64,000 nucleotides of DNA from Lingula anatina (Eukaryota > Animalia > Brachiopoda), in contig CM120645.1 of NCBI GenBank assembly GCA_051362555.1, positions 2,604,001 to 2,668,000 on the forward strand, read 5' to 3'. The translations under genes and the position numbers were made by a program. Positions within the stretch are counted from its first letter, which is position 1, and the number at the start of each line of letters is the position of its first letter. Positions 22,662-36,006 of this stretch are shown here, in pieces. The notes beneath the pieces were generated by a model. That model ran no database searches and had not been told where the DNA came from. It saw only the letters and a program-made list of their open reading frames with translations.

Positions 22662-25600
22662 ATGAGAACACGTGCAATGTTCCTGCTGCTCGTATTCGCG
22701 CACGCGTGCGCGGACCTCACGTTGGCGGACACCGACTGCTCTCCCTCTCTGGCCCGTGAACACGGCATCCATTCCATGGAAGAAGCGCTGGCGAACCCCC
22801 TGGTCAACATGGTCATTTATGGCCGCGTGGACAACCACTACCACCACGTTGACCAAGTGCACGATGACGCTGGACACGTGCACACCGGAGACGGTGCAGG
22901 TGACCACGAGGAGACGTACACGGCCAGCATTTCGGTGTTCTGCCATTTTAAGGACCACGGGGGTGATGAAGAAACGGAGGCTAGCGCAGCTGAGATTAAT
23001 ATTACCAAAGCAGGTCAGTTCTTCTTCTTCTTCTTCTTATTATTATTCTATATTCACACAGCCCTTTCCTTTCGATCATATCTATATTTTCATACCCTTG
23101 CATTCCTTTTAGTTTGGGTTGGGCCCTAGCTATCTATATCTGTTCACGCTTTTTTAGAGTCTTTATATCTTAAGCTCACAGACTTATTCCAATCATGACA
23201 ACTACGAACCTAGAACTTCATAGTAAAAATAATATAATGTTCGAAAATGACAGAGTTGTCTACAAAATGTACTGAAGACCTCCTGGGTCCTCGCACTGGT
23301 CCAGACAGTTAATTTTGTCTTAGGAATGCCCTTTAAGGCAACTTCTCAGTGGTTAAAAAGTGCACAAATTAAGAGGTTACCTACTTAACGGGTGTCTGTC
23401 AAACTATAAACGCATTGCCCTTGATATGTAAACAATCTATTTTGATAAATGTCGTTTACATTAAATTGCAAAATGTAACTGGGAAGAAGATTATAATAGC
23501 ACTATGTACAACTGATGCGAAAATGAATAAATAAATAAAAATTTTGAATAGAAAAGTAAAAAAAATATCGTTATTTTGAAAGTCACGTCAAAGATTTATA
23601 TCCAAAGTAGACAATGAATTCCCCTTTCTTCGGGTTCTATACAACCATTTTTCTACGTTGCATTATTTTAATATAAACAATTTTTTTTGTCGTCGAAATA
23701 AAAGGGAATGTTGATTTATTAAATACATATCTCCTGACATCAGCAGTGATCATTGCAGTTGGTAGCAAAATGCATAGAAAGGAAGAAAGAGGTTGTCCTT
23801 TTATTACTCCCATTTCCCATATTCATTCCTGCACATTGCCCTGTTTAACCAAACCAAGAAGTTATAAAAAGTTATACTTTATAACCAAACGCAGTCCTTC
23901 TCTCGTGGTCCGCAAGTGATCACTTTACTCGTTAAACTGTACTGTAATTGTTAATTAACTGATGGATTCTTTTTACCAGGTTTTGTCCACACCAGTGTAG
24001 CGTGTGAAATGCACTACTTGCAGAAAGAAAAAGAGTACATGTTGTTCCTTCAGCATCAGCACCACCCGACCCACGTGATCCTGCCTCTATATCACGTGGA
24101 GGTGACGTCAGACAAGTCCCAGATTACTGAGCTGCTGAAGTTCTGCGGAATGGATGTTCATTATCCTACAGGTGTGTATTTTTTTACTCATTCTCAACAC
24201 TTTGTGTCACAGTTGTACAATTATTCAAAAGGTATTGCAATGTTGCATTAAAAGTTTTCAAATAACGATGCATTCTTATATATTTCATTAATATTAAAGA
24301 ATTAGGTTATCAAAGAAATACTGGTAGATATAGCTTTTCTAGTCTTTTTTTTTTCATGCTTGGGCTTCTGCCTGTAAGAATACATGAATTCATTAGCAAT
24401 GCAATGTTGATTTCTTGTCTATATCATGATCATAACCTTAAACAGCACTTGTTGAACTATTAACGTCTGGAATAACACGAATCATCAGTTAGCCCCAGGT
24501 CTCATAACTTAAGAGTAAATTCAGGCGAGATTTCGTGGGGTTTGGAGAAGAGGGGGCATAATTAATGGCGTACTAGCGAGTGTGGAAACAGAATTTATAC
24601 ACGGATATTGTTCAGGTTATTTCTTCTTACGTGCAGTTCATTGCATTTCGTTCACACCGGTGCACAGAGATCCACCCTTATCGCTAGAAAGTTAACGAGG
24701 ATTCTCGCACGTTTTCTAGATAGTCGCCTATGACGTCAAGCAGTGCCGACAGTCTCGGTTTAAGCGACATCAAATGATCCCAATGAATACTTTGAGACAA
24801 AACACAGGAAATTGTTGTGATGTCGTGATATACAGCGTTGAATATATACACATATGTTTGCTGTGTACTTTTTTTCTCATTATCCCCTTAAGAGTACCGT
24901 CAGTCTTCGTTAGCTTTAACGTCAGTTTTGATTACGTACTAGTATGCAATTGAAATCTTTAAGTGACCTTATGAATTATGCCTTCCTCAGAATCTACCCC
25001 CCTCCCTTTCTCAACCCGTGGACTCCCCCCCTCCACATTTTCTGAAGTACCGGGTTAAAATGTCACATCTGCTAGAAATTGTTTGTTATTGGAAGAGAAT
25101 TCAAGGCGCGGAGAGAGTCTCACCCTCACCTGATTCGGACCAACTAACGTGTGGTTTCGAAGACATATGGGGACTGTTAAATTCATTTTTACGCTTCACT
25201 AAATCTGACTGGCCTTGAACGTATGTATATATATATAAATGACTACAGGCAAGAATAACCACCTATATTCTTTAATTGAAATGGTATCCCGCGTTTTGAA
25301 ATGAGCCATTAAACGAGAAACTCACATACCGCGCGTAAAACATGGAAAAGGCGGAGAGCGCAGTGTAAACTTGAAAGACACCTACTGTACATAGTCGGGT
25401 GTGTGTTAAGTGACGGCGGGTGTGGTGACACTGGGATTATCCAGTGGTCTTGGTGGCAATGGAGGCAAAAAATAACGTTAATTAAAGTAGCATTTCACGT
25501 CCTTTTTGCTCATTTACTTTATTATTTTTTCTTTTTTTAATCAGTCCGAGTTGGGTACCTTACAGCAAAATCAGGAGGATCCATCCAGTAATTTATTTTG

Positions 25601-25881
25601 TTCCTATAACATTTGGATTTTTTTCAAAACTAATTGCATTTCTTTCCTTTTTTCCCATCCCTATAGGTTTGTCTTCATCCACGTCCAGCTACCAGTGTCC
25701 AACAGCGGCGGCCAGCGGTCTGTGCATCACCCCCACAGCCCCGCCCACTCCGGACTGGGTCACTCACTCCCACGACCACGGTGACCAGGGCGACAATTCT
25801 GCCGGACGTCCCTTTCAGGGATCGTCCGTTCTCGTCCAACTAACGGCTACGATGTTGTCTTTTTTAATTGCATGCTTGTAG
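22662..25881 (+). CDS. Secreted, probably GPI-anchored NtA/TIMP-like OB-fold protein with His-rich loops (paralog A), about 252 aa
   Basis: Exons 22662-23013, 23980-24171 and 25667-25881 (two phase-1 GT-AG introns). Signal peptide MRTRAMFLLLVFAHACA. The core VIYGRV...YTASISVFC...INITKAG...C..H.L....EYMLFL resembles the agrin NtA / CCDC3 N-terminal pattern (recognised by eye). Hydrophobic C-terminal tail VLVQLTATMLSFLIACL. Confidence 0.82.
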
Positions 25882-26673
25882 CAATGGAGATGTAACAATT
25901 AACTTGAACTATTTTAAGCGAGATTTATCAATCTGAATAAGCAGGAGAGTACAGACAGCAGCCGAGTCCTTCTTTTTCTGTGTACGCCTGCATATAAATT
26001 TTACAGATGGAGTCTTTTTAACATTGGATCGAAGTGTCTTTGAATTGCCTGTTGAATAACGCTCAATTAACCCCGCAAATGCAATAGCCTTGAAATCAAC
26101 AAACGGCGTAAAAAAGCTGAGGTTATGTTACTCAGACAGCGCTCACAGGAAAGAACGCACAAATTAAAGGACAATGGTCATATAGAAATCCATTTCTCGA
26201 ATTTTGAAGATTCAGCACTCAATCTATACACCAGAGGTATGTTTTAATCGATCCCCGCCATTTAAAAATTATAAAAACAATCTATTAGTAGTAAAAAAGC
26301 GTTTTAGTAAACCTCACCTCAATAAATGCATAAATGAAACAACAGATCTGGGTCACGCGGTACTGTGACGACAATGAGGATAAAGGTCAATGAGACTTAA
26401 CTGAGCTGCATGGTGCAAACAGACAGAATAATTTTGGAAAGTTGTAGAGGCCAGTTATGTAGGTTAATAGAAAAACCATGTGGAGTAGATCTTGTAGCAG
26501 GCGTGTCTCCTGGCACGTGTGGTACTAATTTCGCGGATGGATTTTTAAACGAGATGCCTTATTGATTAATCAATGTTTTGATGAATTAAACGAGTTAGAG
26601 TTAAAACTCCTTTACTTCCAATTTTGAAGTACAAAGAACGATAATGCCTTGCGGTAGGGGAAAATAAAAACAT

Positions 26674-26744
26674 TGCATCGGCCGGGAATCGAACCCGGGC
26701 CGCCCGCGTGGCAGGCGAGCATTCTACCACTGAACCACCGATGC
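26674..26744 (-). tRNA. trnG-GCC: tRNA-Gly (anticodon GCC)
   Basis: Minus strand reads GCATCGGTGGTTCAGTGGTAGAATGCTCGCCTGCCACGCGGGCGGCCCGGGTTCGATTCCCGGCCGATGCA (71 nt). The acceptor stem and A/B boxes are intact, and a TTTTT Pol III terminator follows a few nt downstream. Confidence 0.97.
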
Positions 26745-29700
26745 TTACGAAAGTTCAGGTCGATTTTAAGCATCAAAAACATAAGATGAGGTAACGAGTA
26801 CACTTAAAAACCATGGCATTTCAAAATTGTTTCAGATGCTTTATATCTTATGTCACTTATGTGCATGATATATTTTCATTCATCTTTTCCCTGATACTTT
26901 AGATGAATCAGACCTAGACACGGTAAATAACCTACACTTCCGGTCATTAAGTAAACACAATGGTTACCGCAGTCATCGCACCTAACACATTCACTACTTG
27001 TTAGCCTGACAGGCCTGTGATACCGCTGTTCCAGAAAGATAAATCATAAAATTAGAATAATGTGAGAGATAGACGTAGATTATTTAACCTCAATATTACC
27101 TTTGTGTGTGATAGAACGTCGTAAGAGCTGCCTTGACTGAATAGTTCCTCTGAATCTCCTGAACGTGAACATCACTGGACCTGTGTTCACAACGGTAGGC
27201 CTAAGGTAGATCCCACTGCGGAGAGCACACATCTTCCGATCCTATTCTATAGGGCTCAGGTTAAAATAAAAACAGGACATGATCTCCAAGTACTGACAGC
27301 GTACTGTATAAGTCTAGAATCTTCACACTTCACGCTGACCAAAGGAAAAAAAAGCGAATGAATGACGAAGAATTGAAGGACAGGAAGAGGTCGAGCCTTT
27401 CGGCGCATCTGCTGCAATTTCAGGTCTGCGTACAGCTTCACTCCGCTCCACACGTTCAAAGTGTAGGGTTTTCTACATAGGCCTCTGAAAAAAATTCAGG
27501 GATGACGATACGCCCCATACCGATTGCTATCTCACCTCAAAATAGAAAGGTGTTAAATTGACGATAGCCTAATTAAGCTTTGAGTTGCCTATGATTATAC
27601 ATTTCCACGAGAAATATAAACGCCGATATTTTATATTTTCGAGGGGATTTTTTATTGTTTTAAAACAGCACAAAGATAGACGCATTATTGAATAATTCGA
27701 TGCAGGAAAATCTCATTTTCGGTGTCTGGATGATTATAATAATACCCTGAAGTAAATTAATTAAAGGGATAACGACTCTTCATGTGAGATTAAAAATTCC
27801 ACAATAAATGCATGGTAGTAAACAACATATAGAATTATAAAAAAAATTCATTTTACTACCAGAGCGGCGATTACTCAAAGGTCATCATTATTAGCTTTTC
27901 AACTTGCACTTTCTGAAAGGGGGGGGGGCGATCTGAAAGTAGACTTATGAAAAAGAGGGCCTTAGTCAGTGTTTGTTATGTGACGCGTTGCCAAGGTTAC
28001 GTCGGTGTGACGTCCCGCCTGCTGGTTTGATCACACATGTTCTCGGGGTAGTGTAGCGATCGATGTTACGTATGTATCCACGCTCTGGGTGAAATTTCCT
28101 CTCACTGCGGCACTAGTACTGGAGAGGGAATATAACGACAGGTTTCTGAATTTATGTAGGCCTGTCTATCTAATACGTTTCCCTCCTCTTCTCTGCGTAG
28201 ATATTTTTCTCCCTCTCTCACTTTTAGCTGTCTCTATCTAGAATTTCTACTCACTCTATCTTGAATACAAACTCTGCCCCTATGGTTTTATTAAGTTACT
28301 ACACGTAATTAGATTAAGCAGTTTTTTTGTTTTTTTTTTTTTTTTTTTTTTTTTTGGGGGGGGGGGGGGACTTTTGTGTGTTTTGACTGAATAGTGAATC
28401 CAGCTTTAATCAGGTGTATAATAATCAAAAGATATGGGGCATAAACTGGATGGAAAATTATTAGCTATTAATCACGGACGTAGACATAGAGTGAAATAAG
28501 TATATTTTTAAACTTTACAACTTGAAGACTGAAACTTGAAGAAATTTGGTTTAGCAAATCATTAAAGACTTGTTCTTAACTGGGGAGTTTTGTGTTACAC
28601 GTCAAAGTTCGTATTGTAGCTACATAAGTCATGTCATTACTATGATAGACTAATACCGGTAGGCCTACTTGCAAAATGTCTTGTTCTGTTTTACAGCTCG
28701 GCGAAAAAATTAACGGAGGCATGTTTCTATTTCAGTCTTATTGAATGAGACAGTTTCAGTGCCAATAATTTTTGTTTTACTAGTAAAGCGAAAACGCGAG
28801 TCTTGCTTGAAATTCTTTTTGTTTAGTTCAATTATCCATCGCGACATCGGGTCAAACGAAGAGAGATCAAAAGGCGGTTTACTGTGGTTACCGATTTGAG
28901 TTTAGGCAATGGATGTTACACATCATATAACTCACGCTACTAGAAATAAATTACTGAGCTCAAATCTTGGCAAGGTTTGCAGAAGGAGAAAAAAAGTCAT
29001 GATTTTTTCATTGGTGCAAAGAGAAAGAAAAATCTTTAAACAAAATAATGAAAATAAAATAAAAAGCTGATGACGACCTGTGCATGCGTGCACGCACATG
29101 TAACTAGGGAGAGAGGGAGGGATAGTTGCAATAATAATAATTATTATTATTATTATTATTTTGAGTCTAAAATCAAATTTTGTCCAGTAGACTTTAAAAT
29201 GCAATGTGAATAGATAATAAAAAAATCTTTTTAATTTTTTTTATTTGGAATCATACTATGTCAGTCAAAATGGCAACATTTTCTCAAGGCGGGAAATGTT
29301 CGTCAAGATGAAATTGGTTTATGACAGAAAAGTGATAACTTTTTGGTTGAAACATTAACTACCAAACTCACTTGGTGTGCAATCTGCTTCTACATGTATC
29401 ATTTTTTCGTTCGGACTAAATTCGACTTAATCGGACTTTTTTGTACCGAAAGGGATATTTATGTATCAAATCCTCTTTCTTTGATGCTTTTTAATGGAAC
29501 ACAACAACATTCATGGTTTCAAATTAAAAAGGCATTAGTTTGGAAGAAATTGACCTGAAGTCGTGTCAGACAACGGTCATTTTAGGCTCAAGTCCAAGGG
29601 TCGTAAGACCGACAAATCATGTACGATTGTCCCTCTGGCTTGTATTTGCTGTTTTTCAAATCCTAATTGGATAATGTCTTTAGCTCGATCAACATATTTT

Positions 29701-30801
29701 AACCACTGAATTTTTGGCAAAAGTCCTAGCTGTTTACCCTAGGTTCTAGATTTCGGTATTGCCAGTTCGATGTTGATTTCATATGAAACCCACATCAGCA
29801 ATATACCGTAAAGCTAACGCATGAAAAGGTATAGTGAGGAAGCTAGCTTTACAGTGCCCTGACACACAGGCTATAGCTGTTATGTTTTTTCAACATGTGA
29901 TCAGCCGGGGAGTGCACTTAATCAAATTATTTCTGTGATTACAGTTGTATTATGTCAAAGTGCATCATGGCTATAGTTAAAAGTATGATGAAATCGACTT
30001 ATAATGACCAAAACCACGAAAGCAAAGCAAAAACGGTATCATTTTTTTTTCTGGTAAAATCTTTTGTTCCCATTATTCTCATTTTGTGAAACTGTTTGTC
30101 TGTTGCATAAGCATATGTGCCCCCCCCCCCCCCCTCCTCGTTCAATTTTGCTAAATACTTTCAAATCCCCATGGCATTCATAGCACCTTGCATTTTACCA
30201 CAGCCACAGCCCACATATTTTCTCATTTTCTGTGACTAAACTCAAAAAGTTAACCATTGTTTTGGCATGCACTCAAATGGTTTTCAAAGTTTTGGAAATT
30301 CAATATTTAAAAGGAAACAATTAGGAAATCAGTTTTGATACTAAGTTACTTGTTGGGCTCTCCATGCATGATTTAAGCTTTCTGAGCGTTCGATTTTAGC
30401 TTATGGCTGACAAAAATGTTTGTTGTTTTAACATGTAGGTCTAATGTATTGAACGCATAACCATTCGAGTTGGTGGAGGAGACTTTAGAAGGTCACATAT
30501 ACAGCCACGAAACCGATCTTCAAATTTTACCCCTAATCATGCTTGGCTTTATTTTTCGCGTCTACTTTACCAAACGACTTTCGAGCCACTTTTTTCAACG
30601 AGTGGCCATTTTGACGTCATTACACGATCCATCTGAATTTGTGATAAAAAAAATCTTGTTTCACGGAGCAGATACTTTGACATTTGGAATGCTTTTACCT
30701 CTCCGGCAAAGGGTGGAAACACACCAACAGAAACGTCCGACGTACGCAAACACACCTACCTGTTGCACTGAAGAACATTTTTCGCGGGGAAAAAAGTTGC
30801 G

Positions 30802-32558
30802 ATGACGATGTTGTTCGCTTTTTCTCTCCTGTTACTTTCATCCTCAGCAATTGCCGACTATGGCCAAAGAGCGCCAACGCCGAGTTTCACCACTACGGAA
30901 TCTTGCCCGCCAATGGAGCAGTATCAGTCAGAGACGTTTTACCGGTACATGATGCTGCACAAACCGTACGCAGTTGTTTACGGTCGAGTTCGGGTGCACT
31001 ATCCTGTCCACCATGACCACGTGCCTGAGAACCCGTACGTCGCTAATATGGAAGTCAGGTGTATCTATTACGGGGAGCCCGTGAAACGCTATATTAACAT
31101 ATCTGATACAAGTGAGTAGGACCCGATTATCTTTAATTTCTTAAGCTTCCTGTTATGTTTCTCCCCCCCTCTCTTTACCTCTCTCTATCTCTTTTCTCTC
31201 TCTTTTTTCCCCCAGCAAACACAGAACGTTGTCATAACGTTACCATAGCGTTAATATAACCAAAAACGTTACGGTAACGTTATAGTAACGTTCTGTGTTT
31301 GCTGGGTCTCTTTCTCTCTCTCTCTCTCTCCATTAATGATAAAAATAAATTATATGTATTTTACTGAAATCATAAAATAAATAAATTTCAACAATTTTCA
31401 TGATGATGAATAAAAAAATAATTAATTTCAGGAATATGAGACAAAAAGAAACCGTATGCTTTATTTCAAATCTCCATAACTTTCAAATCTGCAATTGTGC
31501 AATGATACAATGATACGTTTATGGAAAAAAACTTTTAAAAATAGTATAATTCGACTTGACGCTTCTGCGTCTGAACAGCGGTAACAATTGTTTTGAGATT
31601 GCTTAAGATGTCAGTTAACAACAGAGGCTGTTGATATGACAGTAAATAACCGTTCTTTTAAGCTACTCTTACGCGGGTCTTCTAATCTTGCACTAAAAAG
31701 CTAAAAACGGGGGTAATCTTTTTCTCCGCGTATGAACAGCGCAGTTATACTAACATGCCCATGCAAAGTTTTAGAAATGCATTTTCATTAGTCAACTGGA
31801 AATGAATCCGAACTGCTCAGTACAAATGTTTTATAATTGAATTAAGTTCAGTGGCCACATGAAGCTGAATACCGTTCTGGCTTATAATAGAAGGTAGCTT
31901 ATAGAAACAAGGCCTCATAAGTTTCTGGTCGACCTGTTTCATTAAGTGCCTTCGATAGCTAATATTACCAACGGCTCCAATGCATCAACGCAAACATGCA
32001 TGCGGACACTTATAAAAAAAAAAGCTCAACACTAACACTAGTATGAAGGGTATGTAAATGAGTTTTTTCAACGAACGAAAGGCTTGATTAATATGTTTAA
32101 AATATCATCAACCCCCTTCAGCTGAAGCATATTTGATACTGTAATAAGAAATGAATGTTGCTTCAAGCCTGATATCGCAAGCACCAATACTCTGAAAACA
32201 ACGGTCTGGGCTCTTGGGTATACTTTTAAATCAAATGTCTTTATTTCAGAAGAGCCTGGTGAAATGTCGTTTAGTGGGACTTGACAATCCAACTTTACGA
32301 AATCAATAAAAAATTGCGCCCGTTTTTATGTCGAGACCCGTCTGAGCCGTTCATTTTTATATCGAAGTTCCTTCTTTATGTCAAGAGGTTAACGTTGCCA
32401 GCAGTTTGCTGAGTCTGTTATGATCGTTAACAAGTGTATAAGTTTCTTTCATTATGGAATAACTTTGAACGCGCTGGAACATTCTTTTCTGAATAGCCAC
32501 GTTGTCTGGAAAGGGGATTTCTTAATTATGTCTGTTTCAACGCCCTTCTTCTTTATTT

Positions 32559-32629
<71 letters not shown>

Positions 32630-35600
32630 GATTGAGCTCCAACACAGAAGGAAAACATCAACGAGACCAGCAAATCCGCATGCAGACAGACAATTACGCT
32701 CCTGCGTTCCAACATAAAACGAAGAAGAAACACATAATTCAGCGGGAGAGGCATTAATTAAAACTCGTTTTCAGCCTTGCAAGCTTGGGCAATGCTCTCG
32801 TGCTGGGTTGTTACGTGCGGTGTTGTAATGTGTTCGAAATGCCTGTAGATATTTGCCGACGAAATGTGTCATAACGTCGTCTTTTGCATCACCCGTGGCG
32901 CGTTACAGAAAGAAAATTGACGTTAAGTTTCTTCGGTTGTGGAGTAGCAGTTGAGTAGTTTAAAAAAGTTCACTGCAATAAGGTTCCACCCGAAACTAGG
33001 CGTGTTAATCATTTGCTAGTAAGGTGTTTCTTCTAACCGTATAGGTATTTAGTCACAATAGAAATTTAATTTAAAAGGATAAAATAACTATTTTACACCC
33101 CTCTGTTTTTAACAATGTTCTAACTGTATGCAAACAATGATTTGATTATAGTGCGCGAAATATTACGCACGACTTTAGTGACAACAGTGAGAGAGAGAAA
33201 GAGATGAGGAGGTGGAAAGGAATAGTTGAAACGCTCAAGCTCCGGGGGATTTCCAGGGCATATATATGAAGAACTCTGAAAACTCTTTGAGATTGTTAAG
33301 CAGTGCAAATTGAAAACAAAAAGTTACCATTAAGGCGATTTGCAATTCGCTTTTACTTAATTCACCTTTGGGTAGTAAACTGCAGTAAAAAAAACTGCCA
33401 GTTACAAGTAGCGTAATTTGCTTTTCTTTTTTCATGACCCAAACGAACTTTTCACCCCGACCCTTATCCCAAATGAAAGCGACGCTCATCGTTAAAGCCA
33501 CTGAGATGGGTTCTTCAGCTGCCATGGGTATCAAAGATACGAGATTGGTATTTTGATCCGACGCTTACCTCCTCCGAACTCCACATGTACGGAATTAACG
33601 TTCAGGTTTTTTTTTTTTTTTTTTTTTTTTTCAAAAGGGCTGATTAATATTACCGTTACCTCGGGGCAGATCGGAGATTTCACATATCGTGGTTTCTAAT
33701 TTCTGACAGCATTACAAATTTTAATGTCCGTGGTTTTATATAGCGACAAAAGAATGGAAAATAGTTTAATGGCTGACAAGAGCAGTCACGCTGAATAACA
33801 TTGGCACTTTTAATCCATAAGCGAGCATTCGCAAATTCAAGGATGTCAAGTAATGGGGTCTTATATTTCGTAACCCCAATGACTTTTAATATAACAGTAA
33901 CCCAATTTCATTTGCTTCTTTTCTTTCTTGCCTTCCTTAAGTTTTACCTTATGTTTAGTGTGATTTTGATGCTTCGGAGGCCTAATTTCCGAAATTATAG
34001 GGCTGTCATATCGCCGATGGGTGTGCCAATGACATAGAAATACTTACTATTTCACAAAAAAATTTAATGATGGAAAATAATTGCTAGTTCACTTTCATTG
34101 ACTTATACTCTATCGTTTTGAGACAAACCATAGAGCTGACAAATTGCTTGCAAAACATTCGCATCAGTAACTATCAATCCCAAAGGCCTTGCGTTAAGGT
34201 ATTTTGTTCTCGTTTTTTTCCCCCAAAAAAAGCTTTCGCTCGCATCGCTCGACTGCGCGTCCGCTTAAACACAGATGGGTCATTTAAGCAATATTAAGAG
34301 AGCAAACACAGAAAGAAAAGTTTTGTTTACGGCCATGACTGGTGTTGTGAAGTCCGTTTAAATTAAAGCACCGGTATATTTGATAGTTTTCTTAGGGCAA
34401 ATGTTTCAAACCACTGGCCTTGAAACTTGTTGAAAAGCTAAAAAAAAAAAATAAATAAATAAATACAATACTCTGGATTTTAATTTCTCCAGAGAGGAAA
34501 AATTTATATAACTTTCAATTTTCTTTTTTGGATGAAAAAGGAATAACGAAAAGAATAAAACGCAATGGTTGTTCTTATTTCACCACAACCAGAAGTTTTA
34601 ATTTACTTGTAGTATTTGATGGAATATTTCCATGAGATACGACTTGTAAAACACACAGAGATGCGTTGCCGTAACTACCACGCCCTAAAACATGTTTACT
34701 TTCATTCTAGGATTCCCTAAGACTAGCAGACATTGCGAGAACCACGTGCTAGACATAGGTCACGAGTACGTCGTCTTCATTACCAAGAACCAAAGCAGAT
34801 CATCACATGACCCCAGACGACCTCCTGCGACCCAAGTGAATTCAGAGAGAACAACGGCATCGACATCGCATAGGGATCAAGGACGAGGATCCGAACGCGA
34901 TCAGACATATAATCGAGGCCAGGGGTACGGTCAAGATCAAGGTCAAAGATACAATCAAGGGCAAGGTCAGGGTCAAGACCAAAGTCAAGGTTACGGGCAG
35001 GGTGGAGGACGTGATGGCAGTCGTGATCAACCTTACAGATATAGCGGCGGTCGAGATCAAGACAGGTATCCGTACAGGGACCAAGGAGGGGAACCGGACC
35101 GAGACCAAGATAGGGATCGTTCCCGTGACTATGACCTAGATCGAGGTCAAGGTCAGGGTAGGGATCAAGACCGGGATAGGGATCGAGGCCACGGAGGTGA
35201 TCAGAGGTGGAGCATGGGCTCAAGCACAGATCGGGACCAAAGCAGAGACCACGGTCAAGGTCAAGGTCAAGGTCAAGACAGGAACCAGGATCAGAGCAGG
35301 AACCAAGACCGAAGTCAGAGCTGGAATCCAGGCAGGAATCAAGACAGAAATCAAGACCCATACGACAACCAAGGCAGGGACCAGTACAGGGATCGTTACA
35401 GCGATCGAGGAAGGAATAATAACGGTGGTCGATACTCCAATACAATGCAGGAACTGGAAACCGTGTACCTGCCATTGTACCACTTTGAAGTTGATCCAAG
35501 GAATAGTTCGGGAGTACTTAATGAAATTGCTCGACTCTGTGACCTCGACTTTAGTTATCCCAGTGGTAAGTGTGAAGATGAAATAAGACCCGGATTTTGG

Positions 35601-36006
35601 TGGATTTTATTACTCCGGTGCAAATTTGAATTCAGATAACTTATTTGCTCCAATCCAAAATAGATGCGTCTTCCGACATGAATTTTTTAAATACTCGAAC
35701 TGTATAAGAAATTGATTCAGCAAATTATTTTTTGAGTGTCCCGCTATCGATTTACACAGTTTACTTTAATGGAATATATTAGCTGTTTCAAAGTACCCAT
35801 TTCCATTTTCTGTTTCAGACGTCAACCAACGCAATCCTACATATCGATGTCCAGAACCAAGACGAAACAGCTGTCTTAGATACTCCGTCTCGTCCGCTAC
35901 CATGCTAACAAGTTCAATATTTTACATTTATGGAACAGGACTGGTGGCAGCGGTGGGATTATTTATGAACAGATTGTTATTTTCCAATTCTTTTATAAAT
36001 CATTAG
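30802..36006 (+). CDS. Secreted, probably GPI-/membrane-anchored NtA/TIMP-like protein with a large G/Q/D/R repeat insertion (paralog B), about 450 aa
   Basis: Exons 30802-31111, 34711-35565 and 35819-36006. Intron positions, phases and Cys pattern match paralog A (VVYGRV, YVANMEVRC, INIS, HCENHVLD.GHEYVVFI, YLPLYHFEV, LCDLDFSYPS, YRCP...C). Signal peptide and hydrophobic C-terminus are present. Confidence 0.85.
31211..31306. mobile_element. 96-bp palindromic non-autonomous DNA transposon, EnSpm/CACTA-like CCCAG...CTGGG termini
   Basis: Perfect 20-bp TIR CCCAGCAAACACAGAACGTT / AACGTTCTGTGTTTGCTGGG with internal repeated TAACGTT units. It is inserted in a TC-rich tract of intron 1 of paralog B. 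Confidence 0.75.

Noticed and set aside
26612-26803. 63-aa minus-strand ORF
   Set aside because: It is a translation through the tRNA-Gly gene.
23300-27800. Several TTAA-AGG.. / ..CCT-TTAA ends suggestive of Kolobok elements
   Set aside because: No matching pairs of terminal inverted repeats could be identified by eye.
34780-35586. Five overlapping sense and antisense ORFs, and tandem AGGTCA nuclear-receptor-like half-sites
   Set aside because: Both are explained by the GQ/DR coding repeat, whose codons lack stops in other frames and spell ggtcaa.
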